DNA of 64,000 bases, taken from NCBI GenBank assembly GCA_934098735.1, contig CAKOOS010000006.1, positions 2,712-66,711 on the forward strand, in the 5' to 3' direction. This document shows positions 35,158 to 46,276 of the stretch, in pieces; within the stretch, counting starts at the first letter, position 1, and every line of letters starts with the position of its first letter. The notes under the pieces were generated by a model, which saw nothing but the letters and a program-made list of their open reading frames with translations, had not been told where the DNA came from and did no database searches. Both the position numbers and the translations under genes were made by a program. This DNA is from an uncultured Bacilli bacterium (GTDB lineage: Bacteria; Bacillota_I; Bacilli_A; RF39; UBA660).

Positions 35158-36699
35158 CTATAATCCAACACCGGTACCAATACCAAGTGGAAATTTAATT
35201 ATATACCAAATAATTATAAATAATAAATAAATTAAAGCTGTAATTATAGCATAAGGTAGCTGATAACTAATTGCTTCTTTCAAAGTAATAGGTTTATTAC
35301 TTTGATTATAATTTTCTAAATAAGCTAAATAAACTACAAAATAAGCAAATACTGGAGTTAAACCAATCGCAACAGAACTTCCAAGTCTAAATACTAATTG
35401 ACAAAATTCCGGCGCAATACCAACATTCATTAAAGTAGGAATTACACCTGAAACAATATCATAACTATATAAAACATTTGGAAGAAACAGAGAAATAATT
35501 ATTGAACTTGCAAATAATAAAAGCACTAAGGGAAGTCCAGCAAATGAAGAATTCTCTAAAACATTTGTAAGTGCACCAGCGACCACATTTCCAATATTAG
35601 AACGTTTAAAAATATTTATAAACGTAGCAGATGCAAAAATCATAACAAGAATTTTACCAATACCATTTAAAGAATATCCAAGTGAATCAACAAATTCTTT
35701 ATTATTATTTATTGTTTTGGCTCCAATTCCATAAAATAAACCAAGTAATACAAATAATAAAGCCACAACAAAGACAAAGCCATTACTAAAAAATGAATTG
35801 TAACTAAATAGTTTGTCTATATATAAAGTTTGATTATAATCCAATAAATTACCTGAAAAAGGAAGTCCCGGAATAATATTATAAATAAATATAAGCATAT
35901 AAATTAATCCAGCACCTAAAGAAAATAACAAGCCTCTTTTTTGTCTATTAGTTAAAAGAAGTTCATCTACATTTTCTTCTTCCATAAATTCATATTTTGG
36001 AATCTTCTTAGCTATATAAGATTCAGTAATATTTGTTATCACGAGAGCCATAATAATAATTAATATAAACATAACAAGGATAAATCCCCAGCTTGAAATA
36101 GTATAATTATTAGCTAATATGTATGCATTATTTAATGACATTGTAATTAAACTTGAGTCATAACTAGTTATAAATAAACTAAGTCCACTACCACATGTTA
36201 AAGCTGCAAATGCAGATATTATCCCAATCATTGGGCTTCTTTTACCATATAAAAATAATAGAGCCCCTAAAGGAACTAAAATAATATAAGATAAATCACC
36301 TACTAAACTAGATAAAATGCACAAAAGCACATATACAAATGTAACAGTGTACTTTTTAGCTTTTTTAGTCATTAAGGTAATAATAGTTTTTAAAAAACCA
36401 CTTTTAACCATTACTCCAATTCCTAAAAGAATAATTATTAAATGAATAAGAACCGCATAATTTGCAAAATTTTTAACCGTTGTAGTAAAAATATATTTTA
36501 ATCCACTTAAACTAAATAAAGAATTAATAGCTTCCGTTGTAACTTGAAAATCACCAGTTATTGTAGAAACTTTATTAAATGTTGCTTGAACATTAAAAAA
36601 ACGTAATATACCACTTAATACTATAGTAACAAAAGATAATATTAAGATGGTCATAACTGGATGTAAACCAATTTTTTCTTTAGTTCGAAGTTTTTTCAT
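35158..36699 (-). CDS. AbgT-family transporter
   Basis: 513-aa polytopic protein. The N-terminal HPVMTILIL... and LLGIGVMVKSGF pattern resembles p-aminobenzoyl-glutamate transporter family members. Confidence 0.6.
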   Translation of the reverse strand: MKKLRTKEKIGLHPVMTILILSFVTIVLSGILRFFNVQATFNKVSTITGDFQVTTEAINSLFSLSGLKYIFTTTVKNFANYAVLIHLIIILLGIGVMVKSGFLKTIITLMTKKAKKYTVTFVYVLLCILSSLVGDLSYIILVPLGALLFLYGKRSPMIGIISAFAALTCGSGLSLFITSYDSSLITMSLNNAYILANNYTISSWGFILVMFILIIIMALVITNITESYIAKKIPKYEFMEEENVDELLLTNRQKRGLLFSLGAGLIYMLIFIYNIIPGLPFSGNLLDYNQTLYIDKLFSYNSFFSNGFVFVVALLFVLLGLFYGIGAKTINNNKEFVDSLGYSLNGIGKILVMIFASATFINIFKRSNIGNVVAGALTNVLENSSFAGLPLVLLLFASSIIISLFLPNVLYSYDIVSGVIPTLMNVGIAPEFCQLVFRLGSSVAIGLTPVFAYFVVYLAYLENYNQSNKPITLKEAISYQLPYAIITALIYLLFIIIWYIIKFPLGIGTGVGL

Positions 36700-36880
36700 T
36701 TACTATCACCTTTTTTAATTTTTTCATAAATTCTAATCTATCCATCATTATTTCTCGACCGCAATTTTTACATTTAATTTTTATATCAGCACCATTTCTA
36801 GTTATAATCCATAAATTCGTCCCACAAGCATGAGGTTTTTTCATAATTACATCATCATTTAAGTTAAAATTCTTTTCCAT
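36680..36880 (-). CDS. DUF951 (YyzM-like) small zinc-ribbon protein
   Basis: KKPHACGTNLWIITRNGADIKIKCKNCGREIMM. It sits next to parB, as in Bacillus. Confidence 0.7.
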   Translation of the reverse strand: MEKNFNLNDDVIMKKPHACGTNLWIITRNGADIKIKCKNCGREIMMDRLEFMKKLKKVIVNEKTSN

Positions 36881-37764
36881 TATTCATCCTCTACTTTAAG
36901 ATTCATTTTATTAAGTAAATCTTCTAGTTCATCAACACCATCAAAATATATTTCAATTTTCTTCTTACTTACACGTACCTTTGTATTTAAGCTATCCATT
37001 ATAATGTTTTCATACATACGATACTTATGATCATAACTTTTCTTACTCTTAGCAATATCATTATTATTAATTTTTACTTCTTGACTTATTTTTTCCAAAT
37101 CATGAACACTTAAATTATCTGTAATAACTTTTTTAGCTAAATCAGTAACTTTTTCTTCGTCATCCATCTTAGATAATACTCTTGCATGCGACATACTTAA
37201 ACTATTTTTTTCAACTAATCTTTTAACTTCTTCAGGTAGCTTTAAAATGCCTAACATATTAGTAACATAAGTTCTACTTTTACCAAATTTTGTAGCAAAC
37301 TCTTCTTGAGTATATCCCCGTAATTTAATTATATTACTAATACTTGTAGCTTCATCTATAGGATTTAAATCTTCTCTTTGGATATTTTCTATTAAAGCAA
37401 TTTCCATCATTTCTTGGTCATCAAAATCTTTAATAATAGCGGGAATCTTTTTTAATCCAGCAATTTTAGCAGCTTTTGTTCTTCTTTCACCAGCTATTAG
37501 CTCATATCCTTTAATGCTTTTTTTGACAATAACAGGTTGTACAACACCATATTCTTCTATTGACTTTGCAAGTTCATTTAAAGTATTTGTATCAAACGTT
37601 TTACGAGGTTGATATGGATTACTTCTTATATCATCAATATTAATTTCTGTTACATCATTTTTATTTTCTTCTTGAATTTTTTCTTCAAAATTGTCAAAAT
37701 CTATCACTGTATTTGAAAATAGTTGTTCAAGACCTTTTCCTAAAGCTTTCTTTTTATTCTCCAT
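36880..37764 (-). CDS. parB: chromosome partitioning protein ParB/Spo0J
   Basis: [17 protein letters not shown] and LIAGERR. Confidence 0.9.
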   Translation of the reverse strand: MENKKKALGKGLEQLFSNTVIDFDNFEEKIQEENKNDVTEINIDDIRSNPYQPRKTFDTNTLNELAKSIEEYGVVQPVIVKKSIKGYELIAGERRTKAAKIAGLKKIPAIIKDFDDQEMMEIALIENIQREDLNPIDEATSISNIIKLRGYTQEEFATKFGKSRTYVTNMLGILKLPEEVKRLVEKNSLSMSHARVLSKMDDEEKVTDLAKKVITDNLSVHDLEKISQEVKINNNDIAKSKKSYDHKYRMYENIIMDSLNTKVRVSKKKIEIYFDGVDELEDLLNKMNLKVEDE

Positions 37765-38539
37765 CTCTACTGATCACTTCCTTTGCTAAATTAGCATAAG
37801 CCTCCGTAGCTCTGCTAGTAGGATCATATTCATTTATAGGTTTACCATGACTTGGTGCTTCAACTAATCTTACTAATCTAGGAATTATTGTATTAAATAC
37901 TTTATCTTTAAAATATTTTCTAATTTCTTCAATAACTTCTAATCCAATATTAGTTCTTCCATCTAACATAGTTAAAAGTACTCCTTCAATTCTAAGATCT
38001 GGATTCATACTTCCTTGAACCATAATTATCGAATTTAAAAGTTGAGTTATACCCTCTAGAGCAAAAAACTCACATTGAACAGGAATAATAACTGAATCGC
38101 TAGCCACTAAAGCATTCATAGTACCAAGACCAAGTGATGGTTGACAATCAATAATAATATAATCATAATTATCTTTTATTTCATCTAATTTAAGTTTTAA
38201 TTGAATATTTTGTTGAAATTCTTTATCTTCAAGCATTTTTTTAACAAATTCTACATCTACACCAGCTAAGTTAATTGTAGATGGAATAATACTTAAATTA
38301 TGAAATTTAGTTTTTTTAATAGCTTTTTTAACTTCACATTTACCAGTAATAAGCTCATATACATCATTTTTAAAATCATTTGAGTTAAGACCTAAACCTG
38401 TTGTAGCATTACTTTGAGGATCCATATCAATTAATAGGACTCTTTTCCCCAATTTTCCAAGTGCCGCAGAAAGATTTATACTAGTAGTAGTTTTACCTAC
38501 TCCTCCTTTTTGATTTACAAGTGATATAATTTTAGCCAT
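37754..38539 (-). CDS. parA: chromosome partitioning ATPase ParA/Soj
   Basis: Start at ATG 38539 ([19 protein letters not shown]), with a deviant Walker A. Confidence 0.9.
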   Translation of the reverse strand: MAKIISLVNQKGGVGKTTTSINLSAALGKLGKRVLLIDMDPQSNATTGLGLNSNDFKNDVYELITGKCEVKKAIKKTKFHNLSIIPSTINLAGVDVEFVKKMLEDKEFQQNIQLKLKLDEIKDNYDYIIIDCQPSLGLGTMNALVASDSVIIPVQCEFFALEGITQLLNSIIMVQGSMNPDLRIEGVLLTMLDGRTNIGLEVIEEIRKYFKDKVFNTIIPRLVRLVEAPSHGKPINEYDPTSRATEAYANLAKEVISRDGE

Positions 38540-38623
38540 AACAAGCACCTCTTCTATACAACTTTCGTACTACTATATTTTAACATACAATTTTGTATAA
38601 TTAAAATGTTTTTAATAATTTTA

Positions 38624-38662
38624 TAAAAAAAAAGATAATTTAGTAATAATCTAAATTATCTT
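38624..38662 (-). terminator. terminator after the large secreted protein gene
   Basis: 11-bp stem agataatttag/ctaaattatct and T8 on the minus strand. Confidence 0.7.
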
Positions 38663-40399
38663 TTATATTTCAATTCGGTATGGCTTATCAATAGTTCCAA
38701 GACCATCTGCTAACGTTACATCAGCATTTAAGTAAAATGACGGCCTTACACAAGCTTCAGTACTAGTTACAGACTTAGTAAGACTTCCCCCCATTCCAAT
38801 CATAAATGCAGAGGAACTTGATGTTGTACTTGAGTAAGGCGTTAAAGTCCACTCTTCATGCCCCATCCACATCCAATTATTTGATCTATAAATTGAATAA
38901 TCGTCCATGGTTGTTGCCCAAGCACTAGGATCAGCAGCATATCCATAATCACTAGCATACATAAGTCCAATTTTAGATTTACCATCTAAAAAATATTCTT
39001 TTGAAGCATTAGTAATTTCATTAGTATACATATTTTTTGTTACAACTCTCCAATCAGTTTGAGCACTTACTTTCCATGTTGTACTAGCAATTTTATTTGT
39101 CCATGAACTAGTTAAATAATTAATTAAGTTAGTATTTAAATTAGTAGTATTTAATAGCGATGTACTCCAATCTGAAGAAGCTTTTTTATTAGTTTTATAA
39201 TTCCAGTAATAACTATAATGTCTTTCAGGATTATTTCTTGAACCACTTCTAAATGATGATGAAAACCCATAGTATTCTCCACCAGTTCCAATATCGGTTC
39301 TATTTGAATAATCATATTTAATTAATTTAATTTGATCACCAAATACCCCAATTATACGATATAAATTCATTTCCGGACAAGTATCAGCGGTTGATCCAAA
39401 ACAAACAAAGTTTTTAACATTATCTTTGGTTATATATCCATCTTCAACTGCTTTGTCAAGAGCAGCTCCAAAAGTACTATAAATAGTTCTAGTACTATCA
39501 TAACGTAATCTATATTCAGGAGTTGACTCATTTGTATCACATAAGTCTCCTAAATAATTTGCATCGCGACAAGAAAAGTATATAAGATCTGTTTTTGTTC
39601 TATCAGTAGAACTAGATGCTATGACACTTTTATATCCAGCATTTTTAGCCTTATCAGTTAAAACAAAATCAGCACCTGAATAGCGATATGAGTTATCACC
39701 AGCCCCATTAGTTAAAGTATTATCATGATAATATAAAGAATTTTGCCCCTGAATTCCAGTATATTTAGATTTTATAAAATCAGCAAGAACAACTTTATCT
39801 GGAGTTTGAACAGATGTAGATAAAATATTAGATTTAATACCTTCACTATCAACAGCATAAACTTTTAAACGATATAAAGTGTTTTTTGTTAAGCCAGTAA
39901 CAGAAACAATGTTATCAGTTGTTTCAGTATAAGTTTGTCCATCATCAAGACTATATAAGTATTTTACTATTTCATTTTTACCAGGTGTTGCTGATATAAC
40001 CATTGTAAAACTATTTGTTAGAGTGTCTTCAGTTGAAACACTATTAAGATTAGCAGATAAATATTTATCAAAATATACATAACACTTATCTGTTATTCTA
40101 GTATTAACAGAAACAGAATTATCAGAATCGTCCCAAGATAAAGAACTTCCTCCTTCACAATAAGATAAACTTTTATTAAATTGATAACCTGTAGGCCATT
40201 TAGATGATGTAGAAAGTTCGTATTGCCCAGAATCATAAGATTTTTCTAAATAAATAGAAATCATGTTATTATAAATATTTTTTTCTGCTTTATTATTTTC
40301 ATAAACTTTAGACTTATAATAAGTATTATATAATATAGCTATAGTGCTTATAATCAAAATAGAAACTATACTTAAAGTAATAATTTTTTTTCTATTCAT
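38663..40399 (-). CDS. membrane-anchored surface protein with a fibronectin type III domain and a DUF6273-like C-terminal domain
   Basis: Start at ATG 40399 (AAGGAGG RBS) and an N-terminal TM. FN3-like segment FTMVISATPGKNEIVKYLYSLDDGQTY...LTKNTLYRLKVYAVD. The C-terminus ...EWTLTP...ACVRPSFYL resembles the WWLRSP...VRPAL type domain. Tentative. Confidence 0.55.
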   Translation of the reverse strand: MNRKKIITLSIVSILIISTIAILYNTYYKSKVYENNKAEKNIYNNMISIYLEKSYDSGQYELSTSSKWPTGYQFNKSLSYCEGGSSLSWDDSDNSVSVNTRITDKCYVYFDKYLSANLNSVSTEDTLTNSFTMVISATPGKNEIVKYLYSLDDGQTYTETTDNIVSVTGLTKNTLYRLKVYAVDSEGIKSNILSTSVQTPDKVVLADFIKSKYTGIQGQNSLYYHDNTLTNGAGDNSYRYSGADFVLTDKAKNAGYKSVIASSSTDRTKTDLIYFSCRDANYLGDLCDTNESTPEYRLRYDSTRTIYSTFGAALDKAVEDGYITKDNVKNFVCFGSTADTCPEMNLYRIIGVFGDQIKLIKYDYSNRTDIGTGGEYYGFSSSFRSGSRNNPERHYSYYWNYKTNKKASSDWSTSLLNTTNLNTNLINYLTSSWTNKIASTTWKVSAQTDWRVVTKNMYTNEITNASKEYFLDGKSKIGLMYASDYGYAADPSAWATTMDDYSIYRSNNWMWMGHEEWTLTPYSSTTSSSSAFMIGMGGSLTKSVTSTEACVRPSFYLNADVTLADGLGTIDKPYRIEI

Positions 40400-40465
40400 A
40401 ATTAATAGCCTCCTTATGATAACATTATAGCATACCAAAGACTAAATGGCTAATATATTTTTCAA

Positions 40466-40493
40466 TCAAAAAACCAAATGTTTACATTTGGTT
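40466..40493 (-). terminator. terminator after the Zn-ribbon gene
   Basis: 9-bp stem aaccaaatg/catttggtt. The stop codon lies in the loop, with a T-run on the minus strand. Confidence 0.65.
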
Positions 40494-40673
40494 ATCAATT
40501 GTTTTCCATTCAGTTGTACCACATTTAGTACATATCTTCGGAGCTAAAACTTTTTTACCCTTAGGTAACTCCATATTCGTATCAATTTTACTACATAAAA
40601 TGCCACTTTCAGGATCAATATATGCTACCCCAAATTTAGCATCTTTACAACAATTACATTCTTCATTTTTCAT
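40482..40673 (-). CDS. small zinc-ribbon protein (two CxxC pairs)
   Basis: Start at ATG 40673 with an AAAGGAGG RBS. MKNEECNCC...CTKCGTTEW. The ORF-track start at 40730 would run through the rplQ terminator. Confidence 0.5.
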   Translation of the reverse strand: MKNEECNCCKDAKFGVAYIDPESGILCSKIDTNMELPKGKKVLAPKICTKCGTTEWKTIDNQM

Positions 40674-40718
40674 AATTTTTCCTCCTTTATTATTATGAAA
40701 AATAATAAATAAATTATG

Positions 40719-40751
40719 CAAAAAAAACATAGCAACATTCGTTACTATGTT
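40719..40751 (-). terminator. terminator of the alpha operon (after rplQ)
   Basis: 11-bp stem with 1 mismatch (aacatagcaac/gttactatgtt) and T8 on the minus strand. Confidence 0.65.
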
Positions 40752-40756
40752 TTAAA

Positions 40757-41098
40757 TTAAACTAATTCTAGTCTAACTTCTAAAGCATCGTCTCCACGAC
40801 GTTCATTAAGTTTTATAATTCTTGTATATCCGCCATTTCTAGTTTCATAAGTTTTAGCTAGTTCATTAAATACTTTTGCTACAACTTCTTTATCATTATG
40901 TAAGAAAGCTAAAGCTTTTCTACGAGCTACTAATGAACCATCTTTACCATAAGTAATCATTTTATCAACAAATTTTCTTACTTCTTTAGCTCTTGCTTCA
41001 GTAGTAACAACATATCCATACATAATTACGTCTTTAGTAAGTCCAGCTAAAATACTTCTTCTAATTCTAGTTTCTCTTCCTAATTTTCTATATTTCAT
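40757..41098 (-). CDS. rplQ: 50S ribosomal protein L17
   Basis: MKYRKLGR...GGYTRIIKL. Confidence 0.95.
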   Translation of the reverse strand: MKYRKLGRETRIRRSILAGLTKDVIMYGYVVTTEARAKEVRKFVDKMITYGKDGSLVARRKALAFLHNDKEVVAKVFNELAKTYETRNGGYTRIIKLNERRGDDALEVRLELV

Positions 41099-41101
41099 AT
41101 T

Positions 41102-42046
41102 CTACTCCTTAAATGATAGTCCTAATTCATCAACCTTATCAAGTACTTCTTTTAAAGATTTCTTTCCTAAGTTTCTGATCTTAGTAACTTCTACTTCTTT
41201 TTTGTTAACTAAATCTTGAACGGTATGAATACCAGCTCTTTTCAAACAATTATAAGCTCTCACTGAAAATTCAACTTCTTCAATTGGAGTTTCTAATGTT
41301 TTAGTCATATTATCAATTTTCTTTTCTTGCATAATACCTGCAATATTACTAATTGAATTTAAATCAGCTATAATATTAAAATGTTCAATTAATATTTTTG
41401 CTCCAAGAGCCATAGCTTCTTCTGGAGTCATACTACCATTCGTAGTAATTTCCATAACTAGTTTATCATAAGATTCATCTTGTCCAACACGAGTATCAAG
41501 TACTTCATATTTTACAACTTCAATTGGTGAATAATTAGAATCAATAGCTATAACGCCTGCAATATTTTCAGTTAGTTTTGCTTTATTTACAGAACTTGGT
41601 GCATAACCACGTCCATTATTAACAGTCATCTCAATATTAATTTTTCCACCACTTACCAAATTACAAATAACTAAATCAGGATTCATAATTTCAATATCAG
41701 CATCTTTTTCAATATCTGAAGCAAGAACAGGGCCTTCAACAGATTTAGTAAGTCTAATAACTTTTTCACCATTTGAATGATTTTTAACAACTAAATTTTT
41801 AATATTTAATACAATTGTTGTAACATCTTCGACAACTCCTTCAATTTTTTGAAATTCATGTAAAACTCCATCAATTCTAATTGAAGTAACAGCACTTCCA
41901 GGTAAACTTGATAGAAGAACTCTACGCATAGCATTACCAATTGTAGTACCAAAACCTCTTTCTAAAGGTTCTAATTCAAATTTAGCATAATGATTGCTTT
42001 CTTGATATTCTGTAATTTTATAGTCAGGTTTTTCAAATTTTATCAT
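41102..42046 (-). CDS. rpoA: DNA-directed RNA polymerase alpha subunit
   Basis: LERGFGTTIGNAMRRVLLSSLPG and the C-terminal domain VRAYNCLKRAGI. Confidence 0.95.
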   Translation of the reverse strand: MIKFEKPDYKITEYQESNHYAKFELEPLERGFGTTIGNAMRRVLLSSLPGSAVTSIRIDGVLHEFQKIEGVVEDVTTIVLNIKNLVVKNHSNGEKVIRLTKSVEGPVLASDIEKDADIEIMNPDLVICNLVSGGKINIEMTVNNGRGYAPSSVNKAKLTENIAGVIAIDSNYSPIEVVKYEVLDTRVGQDESYDKLVMEITTNGSMTPEEAMALGAKILIEHFNIIADLNSISNIAGIMQEKKIDNMTKTLETPIEEVEFSVRAYNCLKRAGIHTVQDLVNKKEVEVTKIRNLGKKSLKEVLDKVDELGLSFKE

Positions 42047-42064
42047 GATTACGTTCCTTTCTAA

Positions 42065-42448
42065 TTAGTTTCTTGGTCTTTTTGGTGGACGACATCCGTT
42101 GTGAGGAATTGGTGTTTCATCAGTTATACTTGTAATTTCTAATCCTGCAGTTTGTAAAGAACGAATTGCATTTTCTCTTCCAGGTCCAAGGCCTTTAACA
42201 AATACATCTACTTTAGTAACTCCAGCTTCAACAGCAGCAGCAGCAGCAGCTTCACTAGTAAGTCCAGCAGCAAATGGAGTTTTCTTTTTACTTCCTTTAT
42301 ATCCTATTCTACCAGCTGATGACCAACTAATAGCATTTCCATCTTTATCACTTATTGTAACAATAGTATTGTTATAAGTTGAATGAATATGTGCAACAGC
42401 TTCAGGAATATTTTTCTTTACTTTTCTTTTTCTTCTATTATATGCCAT
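42065..42448 (-). CDS. rpsK: 30S ribosomal protein S11
   Basis: [14 protein letters not shown]...[15 protein letters not shown]. Confidence 0.95.
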   Translation of the reverse strand: MAYNRRKRKVKKNIPEAVAHIHSTYNNTIVTISDKDGNAISWSSAGRIGYKGSKKKTPFAAGLTSEAAAAAAVEAGVTKVDVFVKGLGPGRENAIRSLQTAGLEITSITDETPIPHNGCRPPKRPRN

Positions 42449-42458
42449 TCTTATCCTC

Positions 42459-42833
42459 CTACTTTCCTACTTTTTTCTTATTAGCAACAACTTTTCCTCT
42501 ACCTTTACGAGTCTTAGCATTTCTACTAGTTCTTTGTCCTCTTACGGGTAAGCCTTTTTTGTGTCTAATACCTTCGTAACAATTAATTTCCATTTTATTT
42601 TTAATGCTCATTTGAACATCACGTCTTAAATCACCTTCAACAGTATATTTATCGATTTCTTTACGTAACTTAGCAATTTCATCTTCTGTTAAATCTTTAA
42701 TTTTTTTAGTTGGATCAACATTTGTAGCTTCACATATTGTAAGTGCTAAACTTCTACCAATACCATAAATTGCTGTAAGTCCAATACAAGTATGTTTTTC
42801 TCCTGGTAATTCAATATTTTTAATTCTTGCCAT
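42459..42833 (-). CDS. rpsM: 30S ribosomal protein S13
   Basis: [12 protein letters not shown]...GIGRS...GLPVRGQRT. Confidence 0.95.
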   Translation of the reverse strand: MARIKNIELPGEKHTCIGLTAIYGIGRSLALTICEATNVDPTKKIKDLTEDEIAKLRKEIDKYTVEGDLRRDVQMSIKNKMEINCYEGIRHKKGLPVRGQRTSRNAKTRKGRGKVVANKKKVGK

Positions 42834-42844
42834 TTATATCCTCC

Positions 42845-42958
42845 TTAACCTTGTACTTGTTTATGTTTAGGATTTTCACATATAACCCTAACTTTTCCTT
42901 TTCTTCTTATAATTTTACATTTTTTACAAATTTTCTTTACTGATGGTCTAACTTTCAT
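42845..42958 (-). CDS. rpmJ: 50S ribosomal protein L36
   Basis: Below the ORF-track length cutoff. My translation is [37 protein letters not shown]. Confidence 0.9.
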   Translation of the reverse strand: MKVRPSVKKICKKCKIIRRKGKVRVICENPKHKQVQG

Positions 42959-42969
42959 AATTTCACTCC

Positions 42970-43188
42970 TTATCTATTATTCCATTTTATAATCCCACGT
43001 GTTAAATCGTAAGGTGAAAGTTCCACTGTAACTTTATCACCTGGTAAAATACGAATCATATGCATACGCATTTTACCAGAAACGTAGGCCTTTACAGTGT
43101 GTCCATTATTTAGTTCTACTAGATAATCACTACCCTTTAGAACTTCAATAACTTTTCCTTCAACTTCTATCTTATCTTTTTTTCCCAT
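42970..43188 (-). CDS. infA: translation initiation factor IF-1
   Basis: 72-aa S1-like OB fold: ...VEGKVIEVL...[27 protein letters not shown]. Confidence 0.95.
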   Translation of the reverse strand: MGKKDKIEVEGKVIEVLKGSDYLVELNNGHTVKAYVSGKMRMHMIRILPGDKVTVELSPYDLTRGIIKWNNR

Positions 43189-43190
43189 AT

Positions 43191-43934
43191 TTAGTCTCCT
43201 GTTAATATTTCATATCCATCTTTTGTAACTAATACTGTATTTTCATAGTGAGCAGATGGTTTTCCATCCCAAGTTTTGACTGTCCAGTCATCATCACAAA
43301 GATAAACTTTTTTAGTTCCTAAATTAAGCATAGGTTCTATAGCAATAGTCATACCAGCTTTCAACTTAACCATTGAATTATCGTCAAAATTAGGTATATC
43401 TGGTTCTTCATGCATATCAGTTCCAATACCATGGCCAACAAGCTCTTCAACAACACTTAATCCATGGTCATGAGCATACTTTTCAATAGCCCTACTTATA
43501 TCTCGAACTCTTGCACCTTCTTTTACTTCTTTTACGCCTGCATAAAAAGCATTTTTTGTATTTTCAACTAAATCAGATACTTCTTTATCTACTTCTCCAA
43601 TTATATAAGTTCTAGTAGCATCAGCATGATATCCTTTATAACTTAATACTAAGTCAATTGAAACAATATCACCATCTTTTAATACTCTTTTTCCTGGTAT
43701 TCCATGAACGACTTCATCATTTACAGAAATACAAGCAGTTGCTGGATACCCTTCATAACCTAAGCAGGATGGAACACAATTATTTTTAATTATAAAATCA
43801 TGAATAATTGAATCAAGTTTTTGAGTTGTTATTCCAGGTTTCACATAAGACCCAATCATTTTAAAAGTAGCCATTAAATATTTTCCAGCTTCTTTCATTA
43901 GTTGAATTTCTCTATCACTTTTAATACTAATCAT
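43191..43934 (-). CDS. map: type I methionine aminopeptidase
   Basis: Start at ATG 43934 ([17 protein letters not shown]). VVHGIP, D..S.D and HGIG. Confidence 0.92.
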   Translation of the reverse strand: MISIKSDREIQLMKEAGKYLMATFKMIGSYVKPGITTQKLDSIIHDFIIKNNCVPSCLGYEGYPATACISVNDEVVHGIPGKRVLKDGDIVSIDLVLSYKGYHADATRTYIIGEVDKEVSDLVENTKNAFYAGVKEVKEGARVRDISRAIEKYAHDHGLSVVEELVGHGIGTDMHEEPDIPNFDDNSMVKLKAGMTIAIEPMLNLGTKKVYLCDDDWTVKTWDGKPSAHYENTVLVTKDGYEILTGD

Positions 43935-44565
43935 TAGCAACTTCCACGATATCTTCAAAAATATCTTCTACATTTCTATTAACATCTACTTTATGAAGCT
44001 TATTTTTTTTACCATAATAATCTAACAATGGTTTAGTATTCTTAATAAATGATTCAAATCTTACTTTAAATGATTCTTCATTATCATCATTTCTTTTAGT
44101 AAGTTTAGAACCACACTTATCACAAATACCTTCAATTTTAGGTTTTAAACTGTCCACATTTAGATTATAAGACTTTCCACATTTACATGTAAGTCTACCT
44201 AATATTCTATTTATGGCTTCTAGCTCATCTAAATCTAAATATATAACTTCGTAATTATCATTGTCAATTATTTTATCTAAAGCTTCAGCTTGATTAAGAG
44301 TTCTAGGAAAACCATCCAATATAAATGGTTTTCCATCTAATTTAGCAAGTTCATCACTAATTATTTTAATCATGATATCGTCACTAACTAAATCTCCCTT
44401 ATCAATAATATTTTTAACTTGTAACCCAATATCAGTTTTAGCATCAATAGCATTTCTTAACATATCACCAGTAGATAAGTGATTATAAGAATATTCTTCT
44501 TTTAACTTGTGACTATGAGTTCCTTTTCCCGCTGCGGGAGGAGCTATAAATATTATATTTTTCAT
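43927..44565 (-). CDS. adk: adenylate kinase (zinc-lid type)
   Basis: APPAAGKGT P-loop. The lid has CKCG...CDKCG. Confidence 0.93.
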   Translation of the reverse strand: MKNIIFIAPPAAGKGTHSHKLKEEYSYNHLSTGDMLRNAIDAKTDIGLQVKNIIDKGDLVSDDIMIKIISDELAKLDGKPFILDGFPRTLNQAEALDKIIDNDNYEVIYLDLDELEAINRILGRLTCKCGKSYNLNVDSLKPKIEGICDKCGSKLTKRNDDNEESFKVRFESFIKNTKPLLDYYGKKNKLHKVDVNRNVEDIFEDIVEVAND

Positions 44566-45831
44566 TTATCTTAATCTCTTTCTTTTAGCCGAATAGCTAC
44601 GGCTTATTAAACTACTTTCCATTTGTTTATAAGTTTCAATAGCAACACCAACAACAATTAGCATTCCAGTTCCTCCAATAGTAACTTGACTAGACAAGTT
44701 AAATATTGAAGAGAATATAATTGGAATAGATGCTAATATGATTAGGAAGAAACTACCAACTAAAGTAAGTTTTCCCATTGAATTACTTATATAACTACTT
44801 GTGTCATTTCCAGGTCTTATACCAGGAATATATCCACCACGTTCATTTAAATTCTTACTCATTTCTTCAGGATTCATAACCATAAATGTATAGAAATAAC
44901 CAAATAATATAATAAGAACAATATAAATAACAAAACCAGTTGGAGTTGTATAAACTATATATTTATTTACAAAATCTATTGCTTTTTGATTACCAATTAA
45001 AGCCACAATTGTTGCTGGTATAGTAGTAAATACTGATGCAATAATAACAGGCATAACTCCTGCAGAGTTTATTTTTATTGGTAAAAAACTTTGTTGAGCA
45101 CCATAAGCACTCGTAGATTTGTTAGCATATTGAATTGGTATTCTTCTTTCTGCAAGTTGAATCCATATAATGCCAATTATAATTAGTAAATAAATTAATA
45201 TAAACAAACTAAAGAATAATATACCTAATCCAGTAGCATACGTACCAGATGTAATAAAGCCATTATAAGCTCCAGTAAATATGCCAGGCATACTTAGAAT
45301 TATACCAGCCATAATTATCATTGATTGACCATTACCAATTCCTTTATTAGTTATTTGATCTCCCATCCATAAACAGAAGGAAGTACCTGCAGTCATAACT
45401 AATGCAGTTTTTAATTGAGTAAATGTATCAACACCATTCATATAAAATACGCATAATACATAGGCTTGTAAAAATCCTATAATAATACCTAAATATCTAT
45501 TAATTTTATTTATTTTTTGGCGTCCAACATATCCTTGATCTTTTAAATCTTTAAAATAAGGAATAATATCCATTTGCAAAAGTTGAGTAATAATTGATGC
45601 AGTGATATAAGGAGATACACCTAATCCGAAGATAGAGAAACTTCTAAGTCCTCCACCACTCATAATGTTAAATATCTCTAAAAAACCTAATTCATCATAA
45701 ACAACAGATGCCCATGGAATGGTAACAGATGTTCCCAAACAAAATATTCCTAAACAAAATAATGTAAAATAAATTCTTTTTCGTAAATCTTTATTAGATT
45801 TATTAAATAGTTGGGAAAATCCGCGAAACAT
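44566..45831 (-). CDS. secY: preprotein translocase subunit SecY
   Basis: 10-TM protein between rplO and adk. GGLRSFSIFGLGVSPYITASI. Confidence 0.95.
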   Translation of the reverse strand: MFRGFSQLFNKSNKDLRKRIYFTLFCLGIFCLGTSVTIPWASVVYDELGFLEIFNIMSGGGLRSFSIFGLGVSPYITASIITQLLQMDIIPYFKDLKDQGYVGRQKINKINRYLGIIIGFLQAYVLCVFYMNGVDTFTQLKTALVMTAGTSFCLWMGDQITNKGIGNGQSMIIMAGIILSMPGIFTGAYNGFITSGTYATGLGILFFSLFILIYLLIIIGIIWIQLAERRIPIQYANKSTSAYGAQQSFLPIKINSAGVMPVIIASVFTTIPATIVALIGNQKAIDFVNKYIVYTTPTGFVIYIVLIILFGYFYTFMVMNPEEMSKNLNERGGYIPGIRPGNDTSSYISNSMGKLTLVGSFFLIILASIPIIFSSIFNLSSQVTIGGTGMLIVVGVAIETYKQMESSLISRSYSAKRKRLR

Positions 45832-46275
45832 CTAAATCACCTCAGCTTTGCCGCCTGCATTTTCAATTTTTGTTACAGCTTGTGTAGAAAATCTACTAGC
45901 CTTTACAGTAAGCTTTTTAGTAAGTTCACCATACGCTAATACTTTAACACCACTAAGTTGTTTCTTAATTATTTTTCTTTCTTTAAGTATTTCTGGAGTT
46001 ACAACATCACCATCATTAAAGAATTTTTCTAAATCATTTAAATTAATAACAGCATATTTTGTTTCAAATTGTTTGTTATTAAATCCTCTGATTGGAATTC
46101 TTCTATAAAGTGGAGTTTGACCACCTTGGAACCAAGGCTTAATTGATGCACCACTTCTAGATTTTTGACCATTTTCTCCACGTGTTGCAGTTTTACCCAT
46201 TCCAGATCCTGGACCTCTACCAACACGTTTAATACTTTTCATTTCTTTAGTTTTTGGTAAATTTTCTAATCTCAT
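45832..46275 (-). CDS. rplO: 50S ribosomal protein L15
   Basis: Start at ATG 46275 ([29 protein letters not shown]), 1 nt after the rpsE stop. Confidence 0.93.
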   Translation of the reverse strand: MRLENLPKTKEMKSIKRVGRGPGSGMGKTATRGENGQKSRSGASIKPWFQGGQTPLYRRIPIRGFNNKQFETKYAVINLNDLEKFFNDGDVVTPEILKERKIIKKQLSGVKVLAYGELTKKLTVKASRFSTQAVTKIENAGGKAEVI

Positions 46276-46276
46276 T

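Noticed and set aside
45848-46226. Track ORFs 45848-46108(+) and 46038-46226(-) inside rplO. The same applies to 42379-42579, 49784-50047 and 51666-51911 inside the ribosomal protein genes, and to 57076-57378 across the spo0A 5' end, the spo0A-tpiA intergenic region and the tpiA 3' end.
   Set aside because: These are antisense or off-frame shadows of highly conserved genes or of their flanking intergenic DNA, with low-complexity composition.
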